DNA of 64,000 nt from an uncultured bacterium (GTDB taxonomy: Bacteria; Actinomycetota; Thermoleophilia; Solirubrobacterales; 70-9): positions 975,932 to 1,039,931 of the forward strand of contig OY969575.1 in NCBI GenBank assembly GCA_963701205.1, in the 5' to 3' direction. This document shows, piece by piece, positions 6,870-16,701 of the stretch (position 1 is the first letter of the stretch; each line of letters opens with the position of its first letter). The position numbers were made by a program, and so were the translations under genes. Under the pieces are notes generated by a model that saw only the letters and a list, made by a program, of their open reading frames with translations, was not told where the DNA came from and did not search any database.

Positions 6870-9329
6870 GTGAAGCGCGCCTTCGCCGTCGGCATAACTG
6901 CATCGCTGGCTTGTGCGCTTGTCCTTTCTGGGCCGGCGTCGATGGCCGAGGCCAAGCGCGGCAAGGGGATCCGGGCGAAGATCGTCCGCACGAAACTGGG
7001 GATTCCCCACGTCACGGCGCGCAATGTCAAGTCGCTTACGGCGGGGTTCGCCTACGCGTTCGCCGAGGACAACATCTGCACGATTGCAAATGAGTACGTG
7101 ACGACCTCCGGCGAGCGCTCCAAGTACTTCGGCCCCGAGGCGACCTGGAAGTTCGCCGGGAACAACTACACCTTCACGAACCTCGAAGCCGATACCTATT
7201 TCGGGTGGGTGAGACAGACCCGGCAGGTCGAGAAGCTTCGCCGAATGAAGCCGCCCCTCGGGCCGAAGCGGGGTGTACGCCGAGGGGTTGCCGGCTACGT
7301 CAGGGGCTACAACGCCTACCTCCGCGACACGGGCGTGGACAACCTGCCGGATCCGGCCTGTCGTGGCGCCCCTTGGGTGCGCCCAATCCGGCGGATCGAC
7401 GCCTACCGCCGGTTCTTCGAGTTGGGGATTCTTGCCAGCTCAGGTGTCGCGATCGACGGGATTGCGACGGCCGCGCCGTCGGGACCAGGCGCAACAGCGC
7501 GCCAACAGCGCAAGCAAGACCACATGCTTGAAGACGGGTCGGCTCTTGCCGCTCTACAGCCAGAGGTCGGTTCGAACGCGTACGGCGTCGGCGGAGAGAG
7601 CACTCACAATGGCAAGGGCCTGCTCCTCGGCAACCCCCACTTTCCTTGGGATGGCGCTGAGCGGCTCTACCAGACCCATCTGAAGATTCCGGGCAAGCTC
7701 GACGTTGCCGGCGCCGCGCTTTATGGAGTGCCACTGGTCCTGATCGGGCATACCCGCGGCCTGGCCTGGTCGCATACGGTCGCCACCGCCTGGCGATTCA
7801 CGCCATTCAAGCTCACGCTCGGCAGCACTCCTTACACCTACGTTGTGGATGGCGTCGAGAAGCCGATGACAGCAACCGAGGTAACCGTCGACACCGGCGA
7901 CGGCACGGCCGCGGAGACGATCTACTCCACCGAGTACGGGCCAATGATTGGCGAGATCGTCGGCGTTCCGCTCCCCTGGGGCAACGGAAACGGCTTTGCG
8001 CTGGCCGACGTCAACGCAACGAATTTTCGCTATCTGAACCACTTCTTCGACACCGACCAGGCGCAAAACGTGCGCCAGTACGACCGAATCCAGCGCCGCT
8101 ACCAGGGCATCCCCTGGGTTAACTCGGTCGCTGCCGACAGCCGCGGAGAGAGCTACTACTCGATGCAGGGCGCGATCCCGTTCGTCACCGATGAGCATTC
8201 GACCGAGTGCAACGTCGGCCTCGCTGCGTTCGAGACCCTCGGCCTTCCGGTCCTCGACGGATCGCGTTCCGCGTGTAACTGGGAACAGTCCGATGACGCC
8301 GTCGCCCCCGGAACCTTCCCGCCCGATCAGGTCCCCACTCAGTTTCGCGACGATTATGTGCATAACGGCAACGACTCCCACTGGCTGACGAACCTCGAGG
8401 CCCCGCTAACCGGGTTTGACCGAGTGATCGGGCTGGAGGACGCGCCGCGCGCCCTGCGGACGCGACTCGGACTGATCCAAATCCAGGAGCGCCTTGAGGG
8501 AACCGACGGCTTGCCCGGAACCAAGTTCAACCGCCGGTTGATGCAGCGAGTCCTGTTCGGAAACCGGCAATACCTGGGTGAGCTCTGGCGCGACAGCCTC
8601 GTCCAGCTTTGCGACTTGGCACCCGGTGGCCTCCTGCTCGGATCCGACGGGCCGGTCGATGTATCGGGCGCCTGCGACCCGCTTCGCAATTGGGACCTGC
8701 GCGACGATCTCGACTCGTCGGGCGCGATGGTGTTTCGCCGCTTTGCGGTGAATGTCTTCTCCGACTTCAAGTGCGTCCCGACAGGAACTCAGGGCGAGGT
8801 GTGTCCGGGCTCCGAAGCGCTCTATGCGACGCCCTACAACAACGCCGACCCGGTGAACACCCCTGCCGGGCTCAATACGGCGAACCCGCTGGTTGGGCGC
8901 GCCCTGGCAGACGCGGTTACCGACCTCAACAATGCCGGGATCCCCATTGACGCGGGCATGCGTGGCTACCAGTACGACATTCGCGGCGGCAAGCGGCTCC
9001 AGATCCATGGCGGCCCCGGCGGGCTCGGGGTCTTCAACGCGATCACGCCGGTCTGGGATCCCGCCGCCGGCTACACCAGCATCCGCCACGGCAGCAGCTT
9101 CATCATGGCCGCGCAGTTTCGGCGGGGGAAGTGCCCGGTCCAAGCCGGGACGTTGGTCACCTATGGCCAGTCCGAGAACCAGGCGTCGCCTCACTCACTT
9201 GACTACGGCCGTCGGTATACGCACAAGCGCTGGTTGCGCGAGCCGTTCTGCAAGGCGCAGGTCCGCAGGGCTGCGGTCTCCCGGATGAAGCTTCGAATCG
9301 GCAGACGCTCGCACGGGCAGCGGCGCTAA
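6870..9329 (+). CDS. secreted Ntn-hydrolase of the penicillin/AHL acylase family (peptidase S45, PvdQ-like)
   Basis: ORF 6840..9329. GTG 6870 gives a signal peptide (VKRAFAVGITASLACALVLSGPASMAEA); TTG 6840 is an alternative start. Alpha-subunit motif RTKLGIPHVTA, beta-subunit nucleophile context GSNAYGVGG...LLLGNPHFPW. Confidence 0.8.
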   Translation: MKRAFAVGITASLACALVLSGPASMAEAKRGKGIRAKIVRTKLGIPHVTARNVKSLTAGFAYAFAEDNICTIANEYVTTSGERSKYFGPEATWKFAGNNYTFTNLEADTYFGWVRQTRQVEKLRRMKPPLGPKRGVRRGVAGYVRGYNAYLRDTGVDNLPDPACRGAPWVRPIRRIDAYRRFFELGILASSGVAIDGIATAAPSGPGATARQQRKQDHMLEDGSALAALQPEVGSNAYGVGGESTHNGKGLLLGNPHFPWDGAERLYQTHLKIPGKLDVAGAALYGVPLVLIGHTRGLAWSHTVATAWRFTPFKLTLGSTPYTYVVDGVEKPMTATEVTVDTGDGTAAETIYSTEYGPMIGEIVGVPLPWGNGNGFALADVNATNFRYLNHFFDTDQAQNVRQYDRIQRRYQGIPWVNSVAADSRGESYYSMQGAIPFVTDEHSTECNVGLAAFETLGLPVLDGSRSACNWEQSDDAVAPGTFPPDQVPTQFRDDYVHNGNDSHWLTNLEAPLTGFDRVIGLEDAPRALRTRLGLIQIQERLEGTDGLPGTKFNRRLMQRVLFGNRQYLGELWRDSLVQLCDLAPGGLLLGSDGPVDVSGACDPLRNWDLRDDLDSSGAMVFRRFAVNVFSDFKCVPTGTQGEVCPGSEALYATPYNNADPVNTPAGLNTANPLVGRALADAVTDLNNAGIPIDAGMRGYQYDIRGGKRLQIHGGPGGLGVFNAITPVWDPAAGYTSIRHGSSFIMAAQFRRGKCPVQAGTLVTYGQSENQASPHSLDYGRRYTHKRWLREPFCKAQVRRAAVSRMKLRIGRRSHGQRR

Positions 9330-9367
9330 TCGGCACCGCGCGGAGGCGCGGCCCTACGATTTGAGCA

Positions 9368-10282
9368 ATGCGGATCACGGACGCCCTTCACACGACGCCT
9401 GACCCGGTGTTCTCATTCGAGTTCTTCCCACCGAAGACTGCGGAGGGGCTGGCGCAGTTGTTCGAGACCGTTGAGGCGCTGCGGCCGCTCGAGCCCGACT
9501 ATGTTTCAGTCACCTACGGCGCCGGCGGTGGCACGAGGGATGGAACCGTGGAGATCGCTACCCGGATCAAGCGGGAGTACGACATCGAAACGATGGCGCA
9601 CCTGAGCTGCGTGGGCGAAACGCGCGAGGGGCTGGTCGAGATTCTGGATCGATTCGCCGGCGCGGGGATCGAGAACGTGCTTGCGCTTCGCGGGGACCCT
9701 CCCCGGGGCGAGGGGTCCTTTCAGGAGCCCGAGGGTGGTTTGGCCTGCGCCGCCGATTTGACCGGTCTGATCGCTGCCGAGGAACGATGGGACTTCACGA
9801 TCGGCGGCGCCTGCTTCCCCGAGGTCCATCCCGAGGCCGCCAGCCTCGATGACGACCTGCGCTACCTGCGCTCAAAGGTGGACGCCGGCGCCAGCTTCCT
9901 GATCACCCAGCTCTTCTTTGACAATCAGGTCTATTGGGACTTTGTGGAGGCGGCGCGTGGCGCCGGAATCGACGTGCCGATCATCCCTGGCGTGATCCCG
10001 ATTGCTAGCTACGCACAGGTCTCGCGAATCTGCACGCTGTGCGACGCGTCGATACCCGAGCACCTCGACAAAGCACTCAGCGACCTTGGGGGTGATGCTG
10101 AGGCCGAGGCACTTCTGGGCGCCGCCTTCGCTTCACGCCAGTGCGAGGAACTTCTGGCCGGCGGCGCTCCGGGTATCCACTTTATTGCGCTGAACCGCGC
10201 TCCGGGTACACGTGCGGTGCTGAGCGCGTTGCGCGCTTCCAAGCCATGGCTCCGGGCGGCGGCGAGCACCGGCGAGCGATGA
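9368..10282 (+). CDS. metF: methylenetetrahydrofolate reductase
   Basis: 304-aa ORF with MetF signatures (FSFEFFPPKT, VTYGAGGGTR, HLSCVG, ALRGDPP, FITQLFFD, IPGVIPI). Confidence 0.85.
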   Translation: MRITDALHTTPDPVFSFEFFPPKTAEGLAQLFETVEALRPLEPDYVSVTYGAGGGTRDGTVEIATRIKREYDIETMAHLSCVGETREGLVEILDRFAGAGIENVLALRGDPPRGEGSFQEPEGGLACAADLTGLIAAEERWDFTIGGACFPEVHPEAASLDDDLRYLRSKVDAGASFLITQLFFDNQVYWDFVEAARGAGIDVPIIPGVIPIASYAQVSRICTLCDASIPEHLDKALSDLGGDAEAEALLGAAFASRQCEELLAGGAPGIHFIALNRAPGTRAVLSALRASKPWLRAAASTGER

Positions 10283-11121
10283 GCTCTCGCGACAACTCAT
10301 TTGAGTGGAACGGCTATCGCCTCGCATACAGCGAGTGCGGAGCGGGGGACGAAGCGCTCGTCCTGATGCACGGCCTGTTAATGAACCGGCACATGTACGA
10401 CCGGCTTGCTCCAGAAATGGCGTCGCGCGGTTTCCGCGTGATCTGCCTGGACGTCCTCGGGCACGGCGACTCCGACCGACCCGACGAGATGCGCGAGTAC
10501 TCGATGACGGCTTTCGGCCACCAGCTTGCCGCCCTGATCGACCACCTGGGCCTCGACCGCCCGGTCGTCGGCGGTACGTCCCTTGGTGCCAATGCCACGC
10601 TTGAGTTCGCGGTCGCCCATCCGGGCAAGGCCCGGGGGCTGCTGATCGAGATGCCGGTACTCGACAACGCGTTGCTCGGCGTCGGCCTGGGGATCGTGCC
10701 AGCGCTTTTGGGCGTTCGCCTCGGCCGGCCGCTGCTGAGCCTGGTGGCGAAGGGCGCCCGGCGTGTCCCACGCAGCAATCATCTGATCGATATTGGGCTC
10801 GACTGGGCCCGCCAGGATCCCCGGCCGTCGCGGGCCGTGATTGAGGGCCTGGCCTTCAGCCGTTTCGCGCCACCCCACTCCGAGCGCACGAGCATCACCG
10901 AACCGGCGCTTGTGATCGGTCACCGCGGCGAGCCCCTGCACCCCTTCTCCGACGCCGGGATGTTGGTCGACGAGCTTCCCAACGCGGAACTCTTTAGCGC
11001 GAACTCGATCCTGGAGTGGCGGCTTCGCCCGGGCCGGCTCGACGATGCACTCGCAGGATTTCTCGGCATGATCTACTCAGATTCGCCCCAAACGGCCGTC
11101 GCCGATTCTGCGGTTAGCTAG
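10279..11121 (+). CDS. alpha/beta hydrolase fold protein
   Basis: ORF 10141..11121. Internal ATG 10279 overlaps the metF stop (ATGA). Motifs LVLMHGLL and GGTSLGA (nucleophile elbow GxSxG). Confidence 0.75.
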   Translation: MSSRDNSFEWNGYRLAYSECGAGDEALVLMHGLLMNRHMYDRLAPEMASRGFRVICLDVLGHGDSDRPDEMREYSMTAFGHQLAALIDHLGLDRPVVGGTSLGANATLEFAVAHPGKARGLLIEMPVLDNALLGVGLGIVPALLGVRLGRPLLSLVAKGARRVPRSNHLIDIGLDWARQDPRPSRAVIEGLAFSRFAPPHSERTSITEPALVIGHRGEPLHPFSDAGMLVDELPNAELFSANSILEWRLRPGRLDDALAGFLGMIYSDSPQTAVADSAVS

Positions 11122-11131
11122 GTTTCCGGCG

Positions 11132-11917
11132 ATGAGCGACCGCAGGGTAGAGCGCGAACGCCTGCGCCAGGAACGACTCGCGGCCCAGCAGGCCACATCG
11201 AGCTCAGACCGGCGTTTGCAGTACGTCGGCTATGTGGTGGCCGGCCTGATTGTGGTGGCAATCGTCGCCGCTTTGGTGGTCGCGCTAGCCGGCGGTGGCA
11301 GCGGGACGGGTACGGGCTCCAGCGGCGAGTCATACCCTGAACTTGCCTTTATCCAGGACGACATCGGCGCGGTGCCAGACGGCCTCGAACCCGACGGGCG
11401 CGAAGGCGTCGCCCCTGGGCCGATTCAGGAGGGCGACCTGGCCGCGGCCGCGGCCGCGGCCGACTGCGATCTGCAGCTCGACCTCAAGGACGAGGGCAAC
11501 ACGCACTTTGATAGCGACGACAAGAAGGTCGAGTATGGAACCAGCCCGCCCACGTCCGGCGACCACTACGCCGGCAACGAGACGGGCTCCGGAGCACTTG
11601 CCGACGGCGCCTATCTCAACACGCCACTGTTTTCCCGTGCGGTTCACGCGCTTGAGCACGGCCGCGTTGAGATCCAGTATTCGCCGGACCTGCCCGAAGC
11701 AGCCCAGCTTGAGATCAAGGGTGTCTTCGAGGAGTCCCCCCAGGGCGTGATCCTCTTCCCCAACGCGGATATGCCCTACGAGGTCGCGATCACTGCGTGG
11801 ACACAGCTTGCGGGCTGCAAGACCTACGAAGGCGCCAAGACCCTTGACACCCTGCGAACCTTCCGCGACGTGTACCGCTTCCGCGGGCCTGAGTTCTTCC
11901 CGCCCAGCATCAACTGA
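11132..11917 (+). CDS. DUF3105-like membrane-anchored protein
   Basis: 261-aa ORF. N-terminal TM, then GTSPPTSGDHY...HALEHGRVEIQY..., the pattern I associate with DUF3105. Confidence 0.55.
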   Translation: MSDRRVERERLRQERLAAQQATSSSDRRLQYVGYVVAGLIVVAIVAALVVALAGGGSGTGTGSSGESYPELAFIQDDIGAVPDGLEPDGREGVAPGPIQEGDLAAAAAAADCDLQLDLKDEGNTHFDSDDKKVEYGTSPPTSGDHYAGNETGSGALADGAYLNTPLFSRAVHALEHGRVEIQYSPDLPEAAQLEIKGVFEESPQGVILFPNADMPYEVAITAWTQLAGCKTYEGAKTLDTLRTFRDVYRFRGPEFFPPSIN

Positions 11918-12035
11918 GCCGCGCTCGCTGAACAGCACCCTGCACCGGGGGCACCCGGGCTACAGGATTCCGGCGCTTTTGGCGAAGCTATTGGTGGCCG
12001 TTCGTGTTCAAGCTACGCCCAGGCAGGCCAGATCC

Positions 12036-13181
12036 ATGCGTTCTCCCCGTCGACAAGCGATGTTCTCTCGGCGCGCCGTCGTGCTGGCGGCTGCCCTAAT
12101 TGCCGCACTCCCCGCTGCACCGGCTCAGTCCAGCCCACCCCGCGCGGTTGACTTCCAGCAGTCTCTGCCGGCGATGCCCAGAGTCGCGCCCGGGCATGGC
12201 TCCCGCGCGCACGGAACCTCTGGCGAGGGAGCCGTAACGCACCGCAGCGCGGCTATCGAGGCGCCGCGCCGGTTTGCGCTTGCCGGGCTCGCACATGAGA
12301 CCCGCCCGGTCGAACTTCGAGCGCGGCTGAGCGGTGGCGCCTGGAGCCCCTGGGTCGAATCCTCGAACGGTGATCCGGCCTGGTTCGGCGAGGGCGACGA
12401 GATCCAGCTTCGCACACGAGGCTGGAGACCCCACGGCACGATCTTCTACGTCGATGTGAGCGGCGTGACGCCGAGCGGCGTGAGCGCCCGCGGGACTACG
12501 GACGGAAGCGCGTCGGGTCCCGCAAAGCCCAGGATCGTCTCCCGGGCTGCCTGGGGCGCCGACCAGGGACAGCGGCGCGGCTGCCGCCCACGTGTTCGGC
12601 CGGCGTACGGGCAGGTGCGCGCCGCCACGATCCACCACACGGTGAGCGCAGTGGATTACAAAGCGGCAGAAGCTCCCGGAATGATCCTCGCGATCTGCCG
12701 GTTTCATCGCGATGGTCAGGGCTGGGACGACATCGGCTACAACACCCTGGTCGATCGGTTCGGCAATATCTACGCAGGCCGCAGGGGAGGTCTCGACAAG
12801 GCCGTTCTCGGCGCCCATGCACAGGGTTTCAACGGGCAGACCACCGGCGTGGCTGTCCTCGGAACGCATACCGACCTGGAGGTCTCCAAACGAGCGCTTC
12901 GCGGCCTCACGCGCCTGCTCGCATGGAAGCTCTCTGTCCACGGCCTGGTTGCCGACGATAAGGCTCGGCTCGTTTCTGCCGGGGGCGCCTCGAGTCGCTA
13001 CCCCGCGGGCCGCAAGATCACGACGAAGCGAATCATCGCCCACCGCAGGATCGGCAAGACCGAGTGCCCCGGAACCGCGCTCAAACGCCAGATCGACGTT
13101 CTGCTGAGGCGCGCGCAGCGGCGAATCGACGCGGCAACAGGCGGCTCTTCGGGCGGCTCAGGCGGCGTCGGGCGCCATTAG
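12036..13181 (+). CDS. secreted N-acetylmuramoyl-L-alanine amidase (PGRP/Amidase_2 domain)
   Basis: ORF 11808..13181. ATG 12036 (or 12060) gives a signal peptide (MFSRRAVVLAAALIAALPAAPAQS). PGRP core IHHTVS...GWDDIGYNTLVDRFGNIYAGR...GAHAQGFNGQTTGVAVLG...CPG. Confidence 0.75.
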   Translation: MRSPRRQAMFSRRAVVLAAALIAALPAAPAQSSPPRAVDFQQSLPAMPRVAPGHGSRAHGTSGEGAVTHRSAAIEAPRRFALAGLAHETRPVELRARLSGGAWSPWVESSNGDPAWFGEGDEIQLRTRGWRPHGTIFYVDVSGVTPSGVSARGTTDGSASGPAKPRIVSRAAWGADQGQRRGCRPRVRPAYGQVRAATIHHTVSAVDYKAAEAPGMILAICRFHRDGQGWDDIGYNTLVDRFGNIYAGRRGGLDKAVLGAHAQGFNGQTTGVAVLGTHTDLEVSKRALRGLTRLLAWKLSVHGLVADDKARLVSAGGASSRYPAGRKITTKRIIAHRRIGKTECPGTALKRQIDVLLRRAQRRIDAATGGSSGGSGGVGRH

Positions 13182-13942
13182 GCGCCCCGACCGACGACGT
13201 ACAGGGTGCCCGCAGCGCCTCCCGCCAGCGCCGAGCTTGCCGACGGCGAAAGCGTCCCTTCGAGCGCAGCCCGCTCGAAGCCAACACCAATCACCTCGAA
13301 GCCCGCCGCCTTGAGGTCGGCTTCAGCCTCCTCGGCGCGATACCACCAGTTGAAGGGGCCGCGGTCTCGCAGGGCGCTCAGGTCGGCCCGGCCCGAACGG
13401 CGCAGCCGAGGCATGGACTGCGCGTGCCGCGCGTCGCGTTTGAGGCGGCGCAAGGCCCGTAGGTAGCTGACGTATGCGCGTTGCCCAACCGACGCAAGGC
13501 GCGATTCCAGGCAGACGAATGAAAAGAGTGCCGTCCCGCCTTTGGCGAGGACCCGGGCCGCCTCCGCCATGGCGGTCGTGCGCCCGGCTGGATCATCGAT
13601 CGTGCAGATCACCTGCTGCAGGTAGGTGATCTGCTCAAAGCTGCCATCCGGATACGGCAGGCTGGTCGCGTCGGCGATATCAAAGGAAATTTGCTCGCCG
13701 CCCGGCGCCGTCCTGGCGGCGGCGATCATCTCCGGCGCGAAGTCGAAGCCTGTTAGGCGCCGAAACGAAAGTGCGGCCAGCGCCCGCGGAATCCTGCCGC
13801 CGCCGGTTCCCCCGTCGAGCAGCGATTTCGCGGGATCAAGCCAACGCCCGATCAACGCCGCCTCATCGGCCTTGAGTCCCTCCGCGCCCGCCCAGTACGC
13901 GAGCTCACTCGAGCGAAAGAAGTCTCGCTGGTCGCTGCTCAC
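13178..13942 (-). CDS. class I SAM-dependent methyltransferase
   Basis: ORF 13178..14170. GTG 13942 overlaps the stop of the upstream gene (GTGA). SAM motif I LLDGGTGGGRIP. Confidence 0.7.
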   Translation of the reverse strand: MSSDQRDFFRSSELAYWAGAEGLKADEAALIGRWLDPAKSLLDGGTGGGRIPRALAALSFRRLTGFDFAPEMIAAARTAPGGEQISFDIADATSLPYPDGSFEQITYLQQVICTIDDPAGRTTAMAEAARVLAKGGTALFSFVCLESRLASVGQRAYVSYLRALRRLKRDARHAQSMPRLRRSGRADLSALRDRGPFNWWYRAEEAEADLKAAGFEVIGVGFERAALEGTLSPSASSALAGGAAGTLYVVGRGA

Positions 13943-14982
13943 CCGGCCGCCGCCCGGTAAGCGGGGAAGAAGTCCGCGTCGAGCGCACGGCCGTGGTGCT
14001 CTGCCCAAGCGGCCGCGAGCGCCTCGTACTCGGCTGGCCGGTGGATTCGCCGTGCCAATGCCAGCGTCTGGCGATTTGGCGAGAAGCTCGCCTTGAAGCG
14101 AAAGATGCCGTCGTTCAGGCGATATCCGCCACCAAGCACGAGCCGCTTCTTGCCGGCGTCGCGGGCCCACTCGATCGTGGCGTGGACCACGGCGTTCGTC
14201 GGCCGCAACGCCTGGAAGGCGTGGTCGGCGCCGCCAAGGTAGGAGTAGACGTCGTCGTCATCGCACAGGTACAAAGTGGCCGCCAGGACCACCCCGTCGC
14301 GCTCGGCCAGCACGAATCGCGCCCCGTCCGGCATCTCCTCGCCGATCGCATCGAAGTACTCGCGGTCGAAGAAGTACCCCGGGGCGGCTTGATTTCGCGT
14401 CATCGTCTGTTCGTAGATCCGGTGAAACTCCGCAACGTCTGCCGGCCCTTGGCCGCGTCGAACGGTCACGCCCTCCCGCTCGGCCCGGCGGATGTTCTTG
14501 CGGCAAGCCTTGCTGTAGGACTCGGCCCAGAGTCGCTCGGGGTCGAGGCCCAAATCGACCCAGACAACCTCGCGGTCTGCCTCGGCGCCGCCGACGATCG
14601 CGGCGCTCGCGTTCCAGGGATGTAGGTGGGCGAACTCCGCGACGACACCCTCCTGCTCAAGGCACGAGGACACCTCGGCGGCCAGGGCCGCCTCGGCAGC
14701 CGAACCGGGCTGGAGGCCGGTGATCGGACCGGTGAACGGCGGCGAGGCCACGTCGCAACGGGCGGTGGGCGGCACATCAAACGGCAGGTCGGCAAGCCCA
14801 CGCAGCGCCAGCGGATAGGCGACCTCGGCCCCGGCCTGGTTGGCGACGAGGAGCCGCGGATCGGCCAGCCCGGCGCGGCGCTGGGCCCGGGCGAATCCGA
14901 GCGATCCGAAAGCGCTGCGCCCGGCCGGGAGCGCAGCCGCCCACGCCGCAGCGTCGTCGGTACTCAGAAGTTGCGCGCTCAT
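13939..14982 (-). CDS. FemAB-family (GNAT-fold) aminoacyl/peptidyl transferase-like protein
   Basis: 347-aa ORF. Pattern typical of FemAB/Acetyltransf_6 proteins (CRKNIRRAEREGVTV..., LYLCDDDDVYSYLGGAD..., RPTNAVVHATIEWARDAGKKRLVLGGG...GIFRFKASF). Confidence 0.6.
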   Translation of the reverse strand: MSAQLLSTDDAAAWAAALPAGRSAFGSLGFARAQRRAGLADPRLLVANQAGAEVAYPLALRGLADLPFDVPPTARCDVASPPFTGPITGLQPGSAAEAALAAEVSSCLEQEGVVAEFAHLHPWNASAAIVGGAEADREVVWVDLGLDPERLWAESYSKACRKNIRRAEREGVTVRRGQGPADVAEFHRIYEQTMTRNQAAPGYFFDREYFDAIGEEMPDGARFVLAERDGVVLAATLYLCDDDDVYSYLGGADHAFQALRPTNAVVHATIEWARDAGKKRLVLGGGYRLNDGIFRFKASFSPNRQTLALARRIHRPAEYEALAAAWAEHHGRALDADFFPAYRAAAG

Positions 14983-15587
14983 GACTCGTAGAGCCCGCGT
15001 CCGGTGACAAGCATCCGCACCGTGCGGGCGAGGATCCGCAGGTCCATTGCGACGCTGCGGTTGTCCACGTAGTGCACGTCCAGTTCAATCCGGTCACTCC
15101 AGGGCAGCGACGCGCGGCCGTTGACCTGGGCCCAGCCGGTCATCCCAGGCTTCACCTCGAGCCGGCGGTACTGGTGCGGGCTGTACTCGGCAACCTGCTC
15201 GGCGATCGTCGGGCGGGGACCAACGATCGCCATCTCGCCGCGCAGGACGTTGAACAAATTCGGTAGCTCGTCCAGGCTCAGGCGGCGCAGGACCGAGCCA
15301 ACGCGCGTGACGCGTGCGTCGCTGGCAGTAAGCGGATCCCAGATCCCGCCGAGCGGGGCGCCGTCGGTCATCGTGCGGAGCTTCCAGATCTCGAACGGTC
15401 TGCCGTCGCAGCCAATCCGCGTCTGGCGAAAGAAGACAGGCCCGCGCGAGTCAAGCCTGATCGCGATGGCGGCGATCAACAGAATCGGAGATGTAGCGAC
15501 GACGGCGATCGTGGCAATCACAAGGTCCGCGATCCTGGGCAAACCTCGCCCCGTGGCGCTCACCGAGTTCCCTCCACCGGTTCCCAA
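14979..15587 (-). CDS. small monotopic phosphoglycosyl (sugar) transferase, PglC/WbaP C-terminal type
   Basis: 202-aa ORF. Bac_transf motifs (RLDSRGPVFFRQTRIG, FEIWKLRTM, DELPNLFNVLRGEMAIVGPRP). ATGA overlap with the downstream gene. Confidence 0.85.
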   Translation of the reverse strand: MGTGGGNSVSATGRGLPRIADLVIATIAVVATSPILLIAAIAIRLDSRGPVFFRQTRIGCDGRPFEIWKLRTMTDGAPLGGIWDPLTASDARVTRVGSVLRRLSLDELPNLFNVLRGEMAIVGPRPTIAEQVAEYSPHQYRRLEVKPGMTGWAQVNGRASLPWSDRIELDVHYVDNRSVAMDLRILARTVRMLVTGRGLYES

Positions 15588-16693
15588 GTTGTGGCCGGTC
15601 CCCGCCGCAGCCGGTCAATCAATCCAGCGGCGATCGACGCCGTAACGACGACGTAGTACTCGGCGATCCGAAACGGGGCCAGGGGCACGACGCGGGCCAG
15701 CGCGGCAGCAAGCAACAACCCGAGTTGGCCTGCCATGGCTACGTCATAGATCGGCGCCTCGCCGATCAGAGCAACGTTGGTCACAAGGACCGCCAGGTGC
15801 AAAAACGGGGAGGCGTAACGAAGGGTGCGGTGGGAGAACATCTGGTAGGCGTAGATTGGCCGGTAGCCGCGCGGGCGGAGCATCCGGTCGTGTAAGAGGA
15901 CGCCCCAGGTGCGATTCATCATCCTCCGCTTGCGCTCCCACTCCCCCCGGATTGAAGGCGCCAACCGCTCCCGCGCCTGGGCCCGGGGCTCGTAGATCGC
16001 GCGCTTGCCGGCGCGGACCGTCAAATAGGGCAGGCAAAGATCGTGGCCGCGGTCGGAAGGCATGACCACGTAGCCGGAACGAGGGGTGGCGTAGATCGCA
16101 CCGTTGCCCGCGGTCACGCCGCCGAGGCCTGACTCCAGGCTGCGCATCGCCATCTCGTAGCGCCAGTAGGCCCCCTCCTGATTGGCGCCGTCGGCACCGA
16201 CGAAGCGCACCTGGCCGCAGACGTACCCCACGCTCTGATCGGCGAGCGCCGCCACCAGGTGGCCGATTGCGTCGGGGTCCCAAAAGGAGTTCGCGTCTGA
16301 GAATGCCAGGATCTCGCCGCGCGCAACCTCGGCGGCCGCGTTTTGGGCCTCCACCTTGCCGCGACGCGATAGATCCAATACGTGGTCCGCACCGGCGGCG
16401 CGCGCGAGTTCGACCGTCGAATCACTCGACCCGTCCGAGGTCACGATCACCTCAAAGCGCTCGCGCGGGTGGCCGGACTCAAGCGCGTTGGCAACGCGGT
16501 CAGCGATCACCGCCTGCTCGTTGTGCGCGGCGATGATCAGCGAGACGAACGGTTGCGCGTCATCGCCAAGATCATGCCCAACAGGGGAACGCCGCCGAAT
16601 CCGGCTCAGCAGGGCGAGCGAAAGCGGGTACGTGACGTGGGTGTGGACGATCAGCGCTGCGCACGCCCAAAAGGTGATCTCGACAAATGACAT
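15560..16693 (-). CDS. membrane glycosyltransferase family 2
   Basis: 377-aa ORF. N-terminal TM, GT2 core (VSLIIAAHNE..., VTSDGSSDST, FSDANS), C-terminal TM bundle. Confidence 0.8.
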   Translation of the reverse strand: MSFVEITFWACAALIVHTHVTYPLSLALLSRIRRRSPVGHDLGDDAQPFVSLIIAAHNEQAVIADRVANALESGHPRERFEVIVTSDGSSDSTVELARAAGADHVLDLSRRGKVEAQNAAAEVARGEILAFSDANSFWDPDAIGHLVAALADQSVGYVCGQVRFVGADGANQEGAYWRYEMAMRSLESGLGGVTAGNGAIYATPRSGYVVMPSDRGHDLCLPYLTVRAGKRAIYEPRAQARERLAPSIRGEWERKRRMMNRTWGVLLHDRMLRPRGYRPIYAYQMFSHRTLRYASPFLHLAVLVTNVALIGEAPIYDVAMAGQLGLLLAAALARVVPLAPFRIAEYYVVVTASIAAGLIDRLRRGPATTWEPVEGTR

Positions 16694-16701
16694 TCAGGCA
16701 A

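Noticed and set aside
6392-6873. ORFs 6392..6649 (minus, 85 aa) and 6661..6873 (plus, 70 aa) inside the long spacer
   Set aside because: No ribosome-binding context and an Arg/Pro/Gly-rich or odd composition. The second overlaps the acylase signal-peptide start. More likely non-coding leader sequence.
15061-15069. Scattered 8/9 DnaA-box matches inside genes (TTGTCCACG at 15061-15069; TTATCCGCA at 44183-44191; others)
   Set aside because: They are isolated, intragenic and far from dnaA. That number of near-matches is expected by chance in 64 kb.
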